DNA of 58,665 nucleotides from an uncultured Muribaculum sp. (GTDB lineage: Bacteria; Bacteroidota; Bacteroidia; Bacteroidales; Muribaculaceae). Where the stretch lies: contig CAZOCO010000002.1 of assembly GCA_964578325.1 (NCBI GenBank), positions 1-58,665 of the forward strand. Direction: 5' to 3'. Shown here in pieces: positions 37,345 through 48,172 of the stretch. How positions within the stretch are numbered: the first letter of the stretch is position 1; each line of letters opens with the position of its first letter. Both the position numbers and the translations under genes were made by a program. The notes beneath the pieces were generated by a model that did no database searches, was not told where the DNA came from, and saw only the letters and a program-made list of their open reading frames with translations.

Positions 37345-40095
37345 ATGATCAGATTATTGGGACTGACCCGACTGACGGCTGTTGTGATAGTCGCCGCCGT
37401 TTTGAGTCTTATTCTTGGATGCCGTGATACCGGAAAGGTTTACCGTATAGGTGTCTCGCAGTGTAGCGATGACGACTGGCGCAAGAAGATGAATGAGGAA
37501 ATATTGCGTGAAATGATGTTTCACGATAATGCCGTGGTGGAGATTCGCTCGGCCGACGATAGCAATGACAAGCAGATCGCCGACCTTCGCTACTTTGCCG
37601 AAAACGATTTCGATATTATCATTGCCGCTCCAAACGAGGCTGATGCGCTTACTCCCGTCATATCCGAAATATACGAGTCGGGTATGCCGGTGCTGTTGTT
37701 CGACCGCGGTATACATGGTGACAGTTTCACATCTTTTCAGGGTGCTGACAACCTTGAGGTCGGTCGTTCTGCCGCCCAACTTATATATAGTATGACTGGT
37801 GGTGATGCACGCATTTTAGAAATTCGCGGGCTTAAAGGTTCTACTCCGGCCGAAGAACGCCATGCCGGATTTCTGGCTGTGACCGATAGCGTTGCAGGTA
37901 TGACGGTTGTCGGGTCGGCCTACGGCAATTGGAATGCCACCGATGCGGCGGTCGCGGTCGACTCGCTTCTGCGTGTTCATTCGGAAGCCAATGTTTTGTA
38001 TGCCCACAACGACCGCATGGCTATCGCAGCCTCGCAGGTAGTGCGCGCTGCCGGTCGTGACGACATTAAGATAATAGGTATCGATGCCGCTCCTGAAATA
38101 GGTGTGCGTGCCGTGGCCGACTCGGTTATCGACGCCACATTCCTTTATCCCACCGAGGGCTCGCGGCTTATACGTACGGCCATCGATATTCTTTCAGGCA
38201 ACCCCGTGCAACGTATCGTCAAGCTACCGGCGGCCTCGGTCGTCGACCGCTCTAACGCCGAGATACTTTTGCTCCAGAACGAGGAGCTGAAGGAAGAAGC
38301 CGAAAAAATAGCTGTACTGAAAGAGCAGGTAGAGGCATATTGGCTTCAGCATTCCGCCCAGACGTCATTATTATATGCCGCTATAGTCATAGTGGTGCTG
38401 ATGGTAGTGCTGTCGTTTATGTTGCTTCGGGCCTATTGGCTTCGCCGTCAGCACCAGATGAGGCTGGCCGAACAGAATCACCAGCTTGAGTTGCAACGCG
38501 ATCAGGTTATCGAACTAAATCGGCAGTTGCGCGAGGCAACACAGTCTAAACTAATGTTTTTCACCAATGTGTCTCATGACCTGCGCACTCCGCTCACACT
38601 CATTGCGGCTCCTATAGAGCAATTGCTCGATGCCGACAATATGACACCTGTACAGAAGGCTATGGTAAAACTGGCCAATAAGAATCTGCGTATACTTACG
38701 CGTCTCACCAATCAGATTCTCGACTTTCGCAAATATGAAAACGGCAAGCTTGATATGACTCTGTCGGAAGTGGATCTGACCGGAATGATGAACGAGTGGT
38801 GTGAGTCGTTTGAAAGTATAGCCGTAAGCCGCGATATACGTTTCTCTACCGATTTCTCTTTAGCCGACGTGTCTACTGTAGCTGTCGATATTGATAAAAT
38901 TGAGCGTGTTATGTTCAACCTGATATCCAATGCGTTCAAATACACTCCATCCAACGGTGAGATCACCGTTGAAATGAAGCATGTGGGCGACAATGTTGAA
39001 ATCGTCGTTGCCGACACAGGCAAAGGGATCAGTGCCGACGATCTGCCGCATATATTCGAGCGCTTCTTCCAGGTCGACAAGATTAACCCCAACGGTTCCG
39101 GTATCGGACTGGCGCTGGCAAAGGCTTTTGTGGAAATGCATGGCGGTACGCTTGTAGCTGAAAGTCGTCAGGGCAAGGGATCGAGATTTGTGGTGACATT
39201 GCCGATAAAGCACGTCGGTGGAGATGTGGTCACCACAGGTTCGCGTATTACGTCAGAAAACGTAAGGCTCGAGCTTGAAAACATAGTCACCGAGCCGTCG
39301 TCGGCCGACAACGACAAGACTACCGTACTCGTCATCGACGACAACCGCGACATACGTCAGATGCTTACCATGCTGCTTGGCGAGAAATACCGGGTCCTCA
39401 CAGCCTCAAACGGTTACAACGGACTGAAGATGGCTGCCAAATATATCCCCGATCTTATTATATGCGATGTCATGATGCCGGTGATGGACGGCATGGAATG
39501 CTGCCGAAGCCTGAAAGCCGAGCAGTCTACCTCACACATACCGGTGTTGTTGCTGACTGCCTGTTCGATGGACGAGCAGCGCGTGCGTGGATATGAGTGT
39601 GGAGCCGACGGCTACCTGTCAAAGCCTTTCAGCGCAGATGTGCTCATGGCCCGTTGTGAGGCGCTTATCGACAACCGTCGGCGTATACAGTCGCTGTGGC
39701 CATCGTCAAAGACTGCCAATACAGCTCATGTTATACCTGACCACAGGCTGACGGCGGATATCGAAATTGACGATGTCGACAATGAGTTTTATACCCGGTT
39801 TTGCTCTCTGGTCGAGAAGGAGTTGTCCGACCAGGATCTGAGCGTTGACAGTATTGCCGGACAGATGGGGCTCGGACGTACACAATTCTATCGTAAAATC
39901 AAGGCTCTTACCAACTATTCGCCGGTCGAGCTGTTGCGCAACATGCGCCTGTCTAAAGCGCGTATGCTTCTTATGACTACCGATAAGTCGATCTCTGAAA
40001 TCGCCTACGAAGTTGGGTTCTCCACTCCGGCTTATTTCGGTAAGTGTTATAAAGACCGCTACGGCGAAACTCCGTCGGAGATACGCGAACATTAA
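37345..40095 (+). CDS. Hybrid two-component system with periplasmic sugar-binding sensor (BT1754-like fructose sensor)
   Basis: IGVSQCSDDDWR PBP domain, TM segment, HisKA FFTNVSHDLRTPL, HATPase GSGIGL, receiver DVMMPVMDG and AraC 'IAYEVGFSTPAYF'. Confidence 0.93.
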   Translation: MIRLLGLTRLTAVVIVAAVLSLILGCRDTGKVYRIGVSQCSDDDWRKKMNEEILREMMFHDNAVVEIRSADDSNDKQIADLRYFAENDFDIIIAAPNEADALTPVISEIYESGMPVLLFDRGIHGDSFTSFQGADNLEVGRSAAQLIYSMTGGDARILEIRGLKGSTPAEERHAGFLAVTDSVAGMTVVGSAYGNWNATDAAVAVDSLLRVHSEANVLYAHNDRMAIAASQVVRAAGRDDIKIIGIDAAPEIGVRAVADSVIDATFLYPTEGSRLIRTAIDILSGNPVQRIVKLPAASVVDRSNAEILLLQNEELKEEAEKIAVLKEQVEAYWLQHSAQTSLLYAAIVIVVLMVVLSFMLLRAYWLRRQHQMRLAEQNHQLELQRDQVIELNRQLREATQSKLMFFTNVSHDLRTPLTLIAAPIEQLLDADNMTPVQKAMVKLANKNLRILTRLTNQILDFRKYENGKLDMTLSEVDLTGMMNEWCESFESIAVSRDIRFSTDFSLADVSTVAVDIDKIERVMFNLISNAFKYTPSNGEITVEMKHVGDNVEIVVADTGKGISADDLPHIFERFFQVDKINPNGSGIGLALAKAFVEMHGGTLVAESRQGKGSRFVVTLPIKHVGGDVVTTGSRITSENVRLELENIVTEPSSADNDKTTVLVIDDNRDIRQMLTMLLGEKYRVLTASNGYNGLKMAAKYIPDLIICDVMMPVMDGMECCRSLKAEQSTSHIPVLLLTACSMDEQRVRGYECGADGYLSKPFSADVLMARCEALIDNRRRIQSLWPSSKTANTAHVIPDHRLTADIEIDDVDNEFYTRFCSLVEKELSDQDLSVDSIAGQMGLGRTQFYRKIKALTNYSPVELLRNMRLSKARMLLMTTDKSISEIAYEVGFSTPAYFGKCYKDRYGETPSEIREH

Positions 40096-40130
40096 AACGT
40101 GAGTCCGGATATACCTCCCGCCCCTATTTT

Positions 40131-40225
40131 TGTTGCAAAGATTATTAAAAATTGTTGCATGGACGAAATTTTATAGTCCGTGCAACAATACTAATATGCT
40201 GTACTATACGCGCATTATAATTTTG
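40131..40225 (+). promoter_or_regulatory. susC promoter with candidate HTCS operator
   Basis: TGTTGCA at 40131 and 40153; IR 40151-40164/40176-40189; -7 element TAATTTTG at 40218-40225. Confidence 0.6.
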
Positions 40226-40259
40226 TGGCACGAATAATCTAACCAATTAACCTATAATC

Positions 40260-43200
40260 ATGAAAAGAACAATCCTTTACGCCTTGTTTCTGGTAGTATC
40301 GGTGGCGTCTATGTTAGCACAGGATGTCACGGTACACGGAACAGTCATCTCGAAATCCGATGACGAACCGCTGATAGGTGCGTCGGTAGTTTCGGCAGTT
40401 AAAAGTACCAACGGTGCCGCTACCGATATTGATGGTAACTTCACGCTGACCGTTCCCGAGGGATCGGCGCTAGTAGTTTCCTACATGGGCTACAAGCCAC
40501 AGACACTTACAGCAGCCCCCACAATGACTATTTATCTCGAAGAAGATTCTGAAATACTCGACGAGGTAGTGGTAGTCGGTTATTCTACACAGAAAAAAGC
40601 CGATGTGACAGGTGCGATTACATCTGTCAGTGTGGACGAAATTGCCAAACAGAATGAAAACAACCCAGTCAAGGCTCTTCAGGGTCGTGTGCCTGGCATG
40701 AATGTGTCTGCTGATGGTAATCCTAGTGGCGCATCTACTGTGCGGATCCGTGGTGTCGGAACTCTTAACAACAATGACCCGCTTTACATCATTGATGGTG
40801 TGCCTACTAAAGCCGGTATGCATGAACTTAATGGTAACGATATTGAGTCTATACAGATTCTTAAAGATGCCGCATCGGCCTCTATATATGGTTCGCGCGC
40901 GGCCAATGGTGTTATCATTATTACGACTAAAAAAGGAAAAGACCTCAAGATTAATCTTGACGCATCTGTTGCAGCTTCGTTTTACAACAACAAAATGAAG
41001 GTTTTGAATGCCGAACAGTATGGTCGTGCAATGTGGCAGGCTTATGTCAACGATGGACAGAATCCCAATACAAATGCTCTTGGATATCATTACGATTGGG
41101 GTTACGACAGCAACGGATATCCGGTGCTTCACAATGTAACTATGTCGAAATATCTCGATAGCAACAATACCACTCCGGCTTCCGACACCGACTGGTTTGA
41201 CGAGACGACCCGTACAGGTCTCATCCAGAACTACAATTTCTCGGTAAGCGGCAGCACTGATAAGTTGTCGTCATATTTCTCGCTGGGATACTATAAAAAC
41301 CTCGGTATTATCAAGACAACTGATTTCGACCGTATTTCTGCACGTGTTAACAATGAATACAAACCAATCGAAAATCGACTCACAATCGGAGAACACTTTA
41401 CAATGAGCCGTACGACTGAAGTTCAGGCTCCCGGTGGATTTACTGAAAATATTCTGCAGTTCAATCCTTCTCTGCCTGTTTATACTGAAGACGGCGAATT
41501 TGCAGGTCCGGTAGGGGGGTATCCCGACCGAGAGAATCCCGTTGCTCGTCTTCAACGTAACAAGGACAACCGATACACATACTGGCGTATGTTCGGAGAT
41601 GTATACCTCAATCTCGATTTCGGCAAAGGTTTCAGTGCTCGCACAACATTCGGTCTTGATTATGCGCAGAAAAAACAGAGAATATTTACATATCCTATCA
41701 CTGAAGGCACAATGGCTAATCCTAAAAACGGAGTAGAAGGTAAGCAAGAACATTGGACTCGCTGGATGTGGAATGCTATTGTGACCTACAATAAAGATTT
41801 TGGCAAAAACCACATTGATGCACTTGCCGGTATGGAGCTTATTCGCGAGACTTCGGAATGGTTCTCCGGTTATAAAGAAGACTTTACAATACTTACTCCC
41901 GACTATATGTGGCCTGATGCTGGTGTCGGTACTGCTATGTCCTATGGTTCCAGTGAAGGATATTCTCTAGTTTCATTCTTTGGTAAGGTGAACTATTCCT
42001 ACGATTCAAGATATCTGTTGGGTGTGACTATACGTCACGACGGTTCTTCTCGTTTTGGTAAAAACAACCGTTATGCCACATTCCCATCGGTATCATTAGG
42101 TTGGAGAATGAACAATGAGGAATTCCTTAATGATATCGTATGGATTAATGAACTTAAACCTCGATTGTCGTGGGGACAAACCGGTAATCAGGATATCGCC
42201 AATTATGCACGTTATTCAATATATGTGCCGCAGTATGCTGGTTCAGATTGGGGTGGCGGTGGCTATGGTACATCATATGACATTGCGGGTACTAACGGTG
42301 GCTCTATTCTGCAGTCTGGTTTCAAACGCAATCAGATGGGTAACCCGAATATTAAATGGGAAACGACCACACAGTATAATGTCGGTCTGGATTTCAGCTT
42401 CCTCCATAATCGTCTGTATGGATCATTTGACTGGTATCATAAAAAGACTTCCGATATTCTTGTTCAGATGGTTGGTATTGCAGCCATGGGCGAAGGCACT
42501 TCGCAATGGATTAATGCCGGTGAAGTGCTCAACAAGGGTGTGGAATTCAATATCGGATGGCGTAACACTACATCATACGGTCTGATGTATGAAATTACAG
42601 CCAACATATCTACCTATCGCAATAAGATCACAGCTTTACCGGCTACTGTAGCTGCCAATGGAACATTTGGTGGTAATGGTGTAGAGAGTGTTGTCGGACA
42701 TCCGATGGGCGCTCAAGTTGGTTATGTCGCTGACGGTGTGTTCCGTTCGCAGGAGGAGGTTGATAATCATGCTGTTCAGGAAGGTGCCGGTGTCGGACGT
42801 ATCCGTTGGCGCGATCTCGATCATGATGGTTACATCACCGAAAAAGATCAGCGTTGGATTTATGATCCCACTCCCGATTTCAGCTACGGTTTCAACATTT
42901 ATCTGCAATATAAGAACTTCGACTTTACAATGTTCTGGCAAGGTGTGCATGGTGTCGATGTCATCAGCGACTTGAAAGGAAACCGACCTTTGGAGCGGTC
43001 TTAACATTGGTTTCCTTAACAAGGGTCAACGTCTGCTTGATGCATGGACTCCCCAGAATCCCAATTCGACTATTCCGGCTCTGTCTCGTTCGGATGTCAA
43101 CAACGAGAAACGCGTGTCGACCTACTACGTTGAAAACGGTTCATTCCTGAAAATGCGTAATATTCAGTTCGGTTATATCTTCCCGAAATCCATCACAAAT

Positions 43201-43353
43201 AAGCTCCGTATGCAGAAGTTACGCGTGTATGTCAGCGCACAGAATCTTATTTCGATCAAAAGCAAAGGTTTCACCGGTGTTGATCCCGAAAATGCTAATT
43301 TCGGCTATCCTATCCCGGTTAACCTGACATTCGGTCTCAATGTAAACTTTTAA
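40260..43353 (+). pseudogene. susC: SusC-like TonB-dependent fructan transporter (BT1763-like), frameshifted near 42975-42978
   Basis: ORF 40260-43004 has LDEVVVVGY and KDAASASIYGSRAANGVI. The C-terminal 124 aa continue in another frame from 42979 (ETDLWSGLNIGFLNKG...ENGSFLKMRNIQFGY...FGLNVNF*). Confidence 0.88.
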
Positions 43354-43368
43354 TCTATTACAGACATT

Positions 43369-45102
43369 ATGAAAAAACTTATATATATCGCAACTATCGT
43401 GTTGGCTTTGATGTCAACAAGTTGTAACGATTTTCTTGACGAGCAGGTTCCCCAGGGAACTATTGACGAAGAAACCCTGAAACAGGCTGCTTATGTCGAC
43501 AATCTGGTCATATCGGCTTATGCCATCTGGATTTCAGGAGAAGACATCAACTCTTCATTTTCTCTATGGAACTTCGACGTACGTTCTGATGATGCTTACA
43601 AGGGAGGTAATGGTACAGAGGATGGTGATGTATTCCACTCGCTGGAGATTTCTCAGGGCGTGATGACTACAGCATGGAACTTAAGCAGTATCTGGGAACG
43701 TCTGTACAATGCAATATCTCGTGCAAACTCGGCTCTGGATGTTCTAAACAAAATGGATGAGAACTCATATAAACTCAAGAACCAGCGTATTGCAGAAATG
43801 AGATTTTTGCGCGGTCACGGGCATTTCTTGTTGAAGCAGTTGTTCAAGTATATTCCTTTTGCTAATCAGGAGAGTCTTTCTCCCGAAGAATATAACAAAC
43901 TCTCAAATGTGAAGTACACCAACGACGAAGGTTGGGCGCAGATTGCCGCAGATTTTGAGTTTGCATTTAAAAATCTGCCCGATGTTCAGGCCGAAAAAGG
44001 TCGCCCGACTCGTGGCGCGGCTGCTGCCTATCTCGCAAAGACATACCTGTATAAGGCTTATCATCAGGATAATGTGAACAGCCATGCCGTGACATCTATT
44101 GATGTCGATGATTTGAAGAAGGTTGTGGAATATACCGATATCTCTATCATGAGTGCCGGCGGATATGATCTTGAATCAGACTTCCACAATAATTTCCGTC
44201 CAGAACCGCAGTATGAAAACGGGGTGGAATCACTCTGGGCTATGCAATACTCGATGAACGACGGATCGAAAAATGGTAACTGCAACTGGGCTTTCGGACT
44301 TATCGTACCCAATATTCCAGGTGTTACCGACGGTGGTTGCGACTTTTACAAGCCGAGCCAGAATTTGGTCAATGCATTTAGGACCGATTCAAACGGACAT
44401 CCTCTTTTCAACACGTTCAACGACAACGACTATGATGCCGCCCGCGATTATGTTGACCCACGTCTGTTCCTAACTGTTGGTCTTCCCGGCATGCCTTACG
44501 AATTTAATAAAAAATACATGATGGATCGTACTGCTACATGGAGCCGTTCTAACGGCCTGTATGGATATTACGTGTCACTTAAACACAATGTCGATCCAGA
44601 TTGTGGCTATATGGTTAAAAATGGTCTTTGGGCGAGTCCGATGAATCACATTGTGCTCCGTTATTCCGACGTACTCCTCATGCGTGCAGAAGCTCTTATT
44701 CAGCTAAATGACGGACGTATCTCCGAAGCTATGAATAACATTAATGCAGTGCGCAACCGCGCTAAACAGAGTTTGGGATGTATAGCTGATTACGAGTCTC
44801 TTTATGGAGTGCATATTTCAATTATGCCCTACAATGGCTCATATTCACAAGATGAGGCTATGAAGATTCTTAAGCATGAACGTCGTGTGGAGCTCGCTAT
44901 GGAAAGCGACCGTTTCTTCGACCTCGTACGCTGGGGTGAAGCTGAATCGGTTCTTAATCGCTATTATGCACAGGAAAGAAGCAAATGTACTATTTATTCA
45001 AATGCTCACTTTACTGCTGATAAGAATGAATATCTGCCTATACCGTTTGCGCAAATTAGTGCAAGTAACGGCAATTATAAGCAAAATATCGGAGGTTGGT
45101 AA
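43369..45102 (+). CDS. susD: SusD-like lipoprotein (BT1762-like)
   Basis: Lipobox TSC-NDFLD; AEMRFLRG, LRYSDVLLMRAEA and ERRVELAME.DRFFDLVRWG. Confidence 0.93.
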   Translation: MKKLIYIATIVLALMSTSCNDFLDEQVPQGTIDEETLKQAAYVDNLVISAYAIWISGEDINSSFSLWNFDVRSDDAYKGGNGTEDGDVFHSLEISQGVMTTAWNLSSIWERLYNAISRANSALDVLNKMDENSYKLKNQRIAEMRFLRGHGHFLLKQLFKYIPFANQESLSPEEYNKLSNVKYTNDEGWAQIAADFEFAFKNLPDVQAEKGRPTRGAAAAYLAKTYLYKAYHQDNVNSHAVTSIDVDDLKKVVEYTDISIMSAGGYDLESDFHNNFRPEPQYENGVESLWAMQYSMNDGSKNGNCNWAFGLIVPNIPGVTDGGCDFYKPSQNLVNAFRTDSNGHPLFNTFNDNDYDAARDYVDPRLFLTVGLPGMPYEFNKKYMMDRTATWSRSNGLYGYYVSLKHNVDPDCGYMVKNGLWASPMNHIVLRYSDVLLMRAEALIQLNDGRISEAMNNINAVRNRAKQSLGCIADYESLYGVHISIMPYNGSYSQDEAMKILKHERRVELAMESDRFFDLVRWGEAESVLNRYYAQERSKCTIYSNAHFTADKNEYLPIPFAQISASNGNYKQNIGGW

Positions 45103-45121
45103 TTTTTAACCGGACATTAAA

Positions 45122-46498
45122 ATGAAAACGTTATATAAACACATATATCTGATTGCAATTGCCGTTATGGGGGCGATGTCTCTGGTGGCTTGCGATGACA
45201 ACAATACTTCTGACCTGATGATGGACGGCAGTACGATGATACAGTCTATGACATTAGGCGGATACGAAGCTGAAATTGACAACACTGCAAAAAGTGTGTT
45301 TGTCGGAGTTCCCGTTGACTGCGATCTTTCAGCAATGTCTCTTGATAAATTGGTATTAAGTGATGGTGCAAAAGCTGACATTGCTGTAGGAGAAATGATT
45401 AATTGTGAAGTCCCGCGTAATATTACCATTACAAACGGAGATGTCTATACTAGATACACATTGATAGTCAAGCATGATGACTTACAGATGCTATCTCTGT
45501 CGCTTAACAATAAGTATCTCGGTTCGATTGACAATGTTTTTCGTTCGGTCAATGTTATTGTCCCAATCAATGAGAATCTGTCGTCAATGTCGCTATACTA
45601 TACATTGTCAGAAGGTGCTGTCGGTTCGCCTGCTTCGGGTGTAGTCCTTGACTTTACAAATCCTGTTACAGTAACAGCTACATATCGCACTGCTGTTGTG
45701 ACTTATACAATCAATGTAATTAAAGATGAAATGTCGCAGGAACCCAAAGCATTTATTGGCAATGCCGATTGTGTCGACAATCTGTCGCCTGAAGCTAAGG
45801 CCGCTGCTACATGGATGCTTGCTAATGTGCCTAATTCAAAATTTGTTTCATTGTGGTCTGTTCTCGACGGTTCTGTGAAACTATCCGAGTTCCGTATGGT
45901 ATGGTGCCACTTCGATTGGCTTGATTGGCCCGGAGTGATGTGGGATACTCGAGATCTGTTCAACGATTACTATATCAAGGGTGGTAATATCCTCGCCTCA
46001 CGCGATGGAGCACGCTACATCAACGATGTGTGGCGTATAGCAAAAGATCAGCAGAGCCCAAACAACATGTTTGGCGGTGAAAATTATGAGACTCTCGATT
46101 ACGATCTGGGATTCACTGTTCTGGGCCATGAAAACCATCCTCTCTACGAAGGTATTGATATCGATGGCAATAATCGTATCTTGTTAGTATCCAGTGGATG
46201 CTCCAACAGCAACCGTACCCTACAGTGGGGCGCCGATTGGGGTAGTTACGGCAGCATGGCCGGATGGGAAGATCAGACCGGAGCTGTGGCTCTGGCAAGC
46301 GGACATGATTACGACTTCAACCGTGTTACTATTGCCGAATTTGCTCCGAGAGCTATTCTTGACGGTTATGTAAGCGGTAGAGTGATTACAATCGGAACTC
46401 CGGCCTATGAATGGTATTCGCCAAACGGAGTTGAAAACCGCTACAGTGAGAATATCATCAAGCTCACTAAAAACGCTATCAATTACATTTGTCAATAA
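45122..46498 (+). CDS. Surface glycan-binding lipoprotein (DUF4960, BT1761-like)
   Basis: Lipobox VAC-DD; Ig-like repeats ('LDFTNPVTVT'); C-terminal 'KLTKNAINY'; positioned between susD and GH32. Confidence 0.78.
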   Translation: MKTLYKHIYLIAIAVMGAMSLVACDDNNTSDLMMDGSTMIQSMTLGGYEAEIDNTAKSVFVGVPVDCDLSAMSLDKLVLSDGAKADIAVGEMINCEVPRNITITNGDVYTRYTLIVKHDDLQMLSLSLNNKYLGSIDNVFRSVNVIVPINENLSSMSLYYTLSEGAVGSPASGVVLDFTNPVTVTATYRTAVVTYTINVIKDEMSQEPKAFIGNADCVDNLSPEAKAAATWMLANVPNSKFVSLWSVLDGSVKLSEFRMVWCHFDWLDWPGVMWDTRDLFNDYYIKGGNILASRDGARYINDVWRIAKDQQSPNNMFGGENYETLDYDLGFTVLGHENHPLYEGIDIDGNNRILLVSSGCSNSNRTLQWGADWGSYGSMAGWEDQTGAVALASGHDYDFNRVTIAEFAPRAILDGYVSGRVITIGTPAYEWYSPNGVENRYSENIIKLTKNAINYICQ

Positions 46499-46513
46499 AT
46501 TTAAAGATTAGTC

Positions 46514-48100
46514 ATGAAATATACTGTTTTATTATTGTCATCTATAATGTACATGTTGGCTACTACAGCATGCAATGATGACGATGTGATATTGACCCAA
46601 AAAGACTGGGATAATACTGCCACATATTTCCAGTCGACTGATAATAGCCATTTTGATACATATTATCTGCCTCAAGTAGGATATGTCGGTGATCCTATGC
46701 CATTTTTCGATCCTATTGCTGGCGATTTCAAGGTGATGTACCTTCAGGAATTCAGACCTAATACGTCTACTTTCCATCCATTTTGGTGTCTTTCTACATC
46801 CGATGTGGCTAATTATAGCTCTATGGGTGAAATTATTCCCACCGGTACAACTGCTGAAATGGATGGTGCACTAGGTACAGGTTCTACAATCTACAATGAA
46901 GCTGATCAGACATATTATACTTTCTATACCGGACACTCGGTAAATGTCGGTTTAACCGGAATTGGTGAAGCCGTTATGGTTGCAACCTCCAAAGACTTTA
47001 AGACTTGGAAAAAAGACCGTAGTTTTCTTCTCTATTCTGATGGTGAATATAGTCTGAATGATTTCCGTGACCCTTGTGTATTCAAAGCTGACGACGGTAA
47101 GTATCATATGGTCGTTTCTACACAGAAATCCGGTAAAGGTGTTTTGGCCGAATATGTTTCAGACAATCTTAAAGACTGGACATCTAACGGAGTATTTATG
47201 TCTATGATGTGGGATCGTTTTTATGAATGTCCCGATGTATTTAAGATGGGAGACTGGTGGTATCTCGTCTATTCTGAAAAGCATGCAGCTCTTCGTCGTG
47301 TACAGTATTTTAAAGGCCGTACTATCGATGAACTTAAGGCCTGTACACTCAACGATGCTGGATTGTGGCCAGATGAACACGAAGGTATTCTTGATTCCCG
47401 TGCGTTCTATGCCGGTAAGACAGCTTCTGATGGAAATGACCGTTACGTGTGGGGTTGGTGTCCCACACGTCCGGGCAACGACAATACCAACGTGGGTGCT
47501 TATCCTGCCGAACCCGAATGGGCTGGCGCTCTCGTCGCTCATCGTCTAATTCAGCACAATGATGGTACTCTGTCGTTTGGGCCTGTAAAAGGCATTGAAG
47601 ACAAGTATTCTAAGTCTGTTCCAGTGAAAGTTATGAGTCGTGATGGTGATGTCTCGGAGAATAACGGAAACTACGTTATAAATGGTAACGGTAGTATTCT
47701 GTTCGGTCGTCTGGCTGTATGTAATAAAATCAAGTTCTCGGTTAAGGTTAACTCCGCCGACGATCGGTTTGGTATATCGTTTGTACGTGGTACTGATTCT
47801 GACAAATACTATACTGTTGTTGTAAATCCCGAATGGGAAGGCCATCGCAAAATCAACTTTGAGCAGGAAGGAGACGCTGGTATTGGGTTTATTAATGGTG
47901 CTGACGGATATATATTCAAAGCACCGGCCGATAACGTGTACAATATTACTATTACTACCGATAACTCTGTATGTGTGGTATATATTAACGATGAGGTCGC
48001 TTATACGGCACGTATTTATGGCCTCCAGAAAAATTGCTGGTCAATAAATTCATATGGCAGTGGAATCACGGCTGAAAATCTGACTATTGCTACGAACTAA
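46514..48100 (+). CDS. Surface GH32 endo-levanase (BT1760-like) lipoprotein
   Basis: Lipobox TAC; YVGDPMPF (replacing WMNDPNG), FRDP, FYECPD, YAGKTAS and EWAGALVAH, as in BT1760-type enzymes. Confidence 0.85.
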   Translation: MKYTVLLLSSIMYMLATTACNDDDVILTQKDWDNTATYFQSTDNSHFDTYYLPQVGYVGDPMPFFDPIAGDFKVMYLQEFRPNTSTFHPFWCLSTSDVANYSSMGEIIPTGTTAEMDGALGTGSTIYNEADQTYYTFYTGHSVNVGLTGIGEAVMVATSKDFKTWKKDRSFLLYSDGEYSLNDFRDPCVFKADDGKYHMVVSTQKSGKGVLAEYVSDNLKDWTSNGVFMSMMWDRFYECPDVFKMGDWWYLVYSEKHAALRRVQYFKGRTIDELKACTLNDAGLWPDEHEGILDSRAFYAGKTASDGNDRYVWGWCPTRPGNDNTNVGAYPAEPEWAGALVAHRLIQHNDGTLSFGPVKGIEDKYSKSVPVKVMSRDGDVSENNGNYVINGNGSILFGRLAVCNKIKFSVKVNSADDRFGISFVRGTDSDKYYTVVVNPEWEGHRKINFEQEGDAGIGFINGADGYIFKAPADNVYNITITTDNSVCVVYINDEVAYTARIYGLQKNCWSINSYGSGITAENLTIATN

Positions 48101-48141
48101 TTCCCAAACATTGTAAAATACGATTGTTTTTGGTAAAAGTG

Positions 48142-48172
48142 AGGAGTTACGCGTGAAATGCGCGTGACTCCT
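48142..48172 (+). terminator. Terminator of the sus operon
   Basis: AGGAGTTACGCGT-gaaat-GCGCGTGACTCCT stem with G-U pairs, followed by a T-rich tail. Confidence 0.65.

Noticed and set aside
43114-43353. 79-aa ORF as an independent gene
   Set aside because: It is the out-of-frame C-terminus of SusC.
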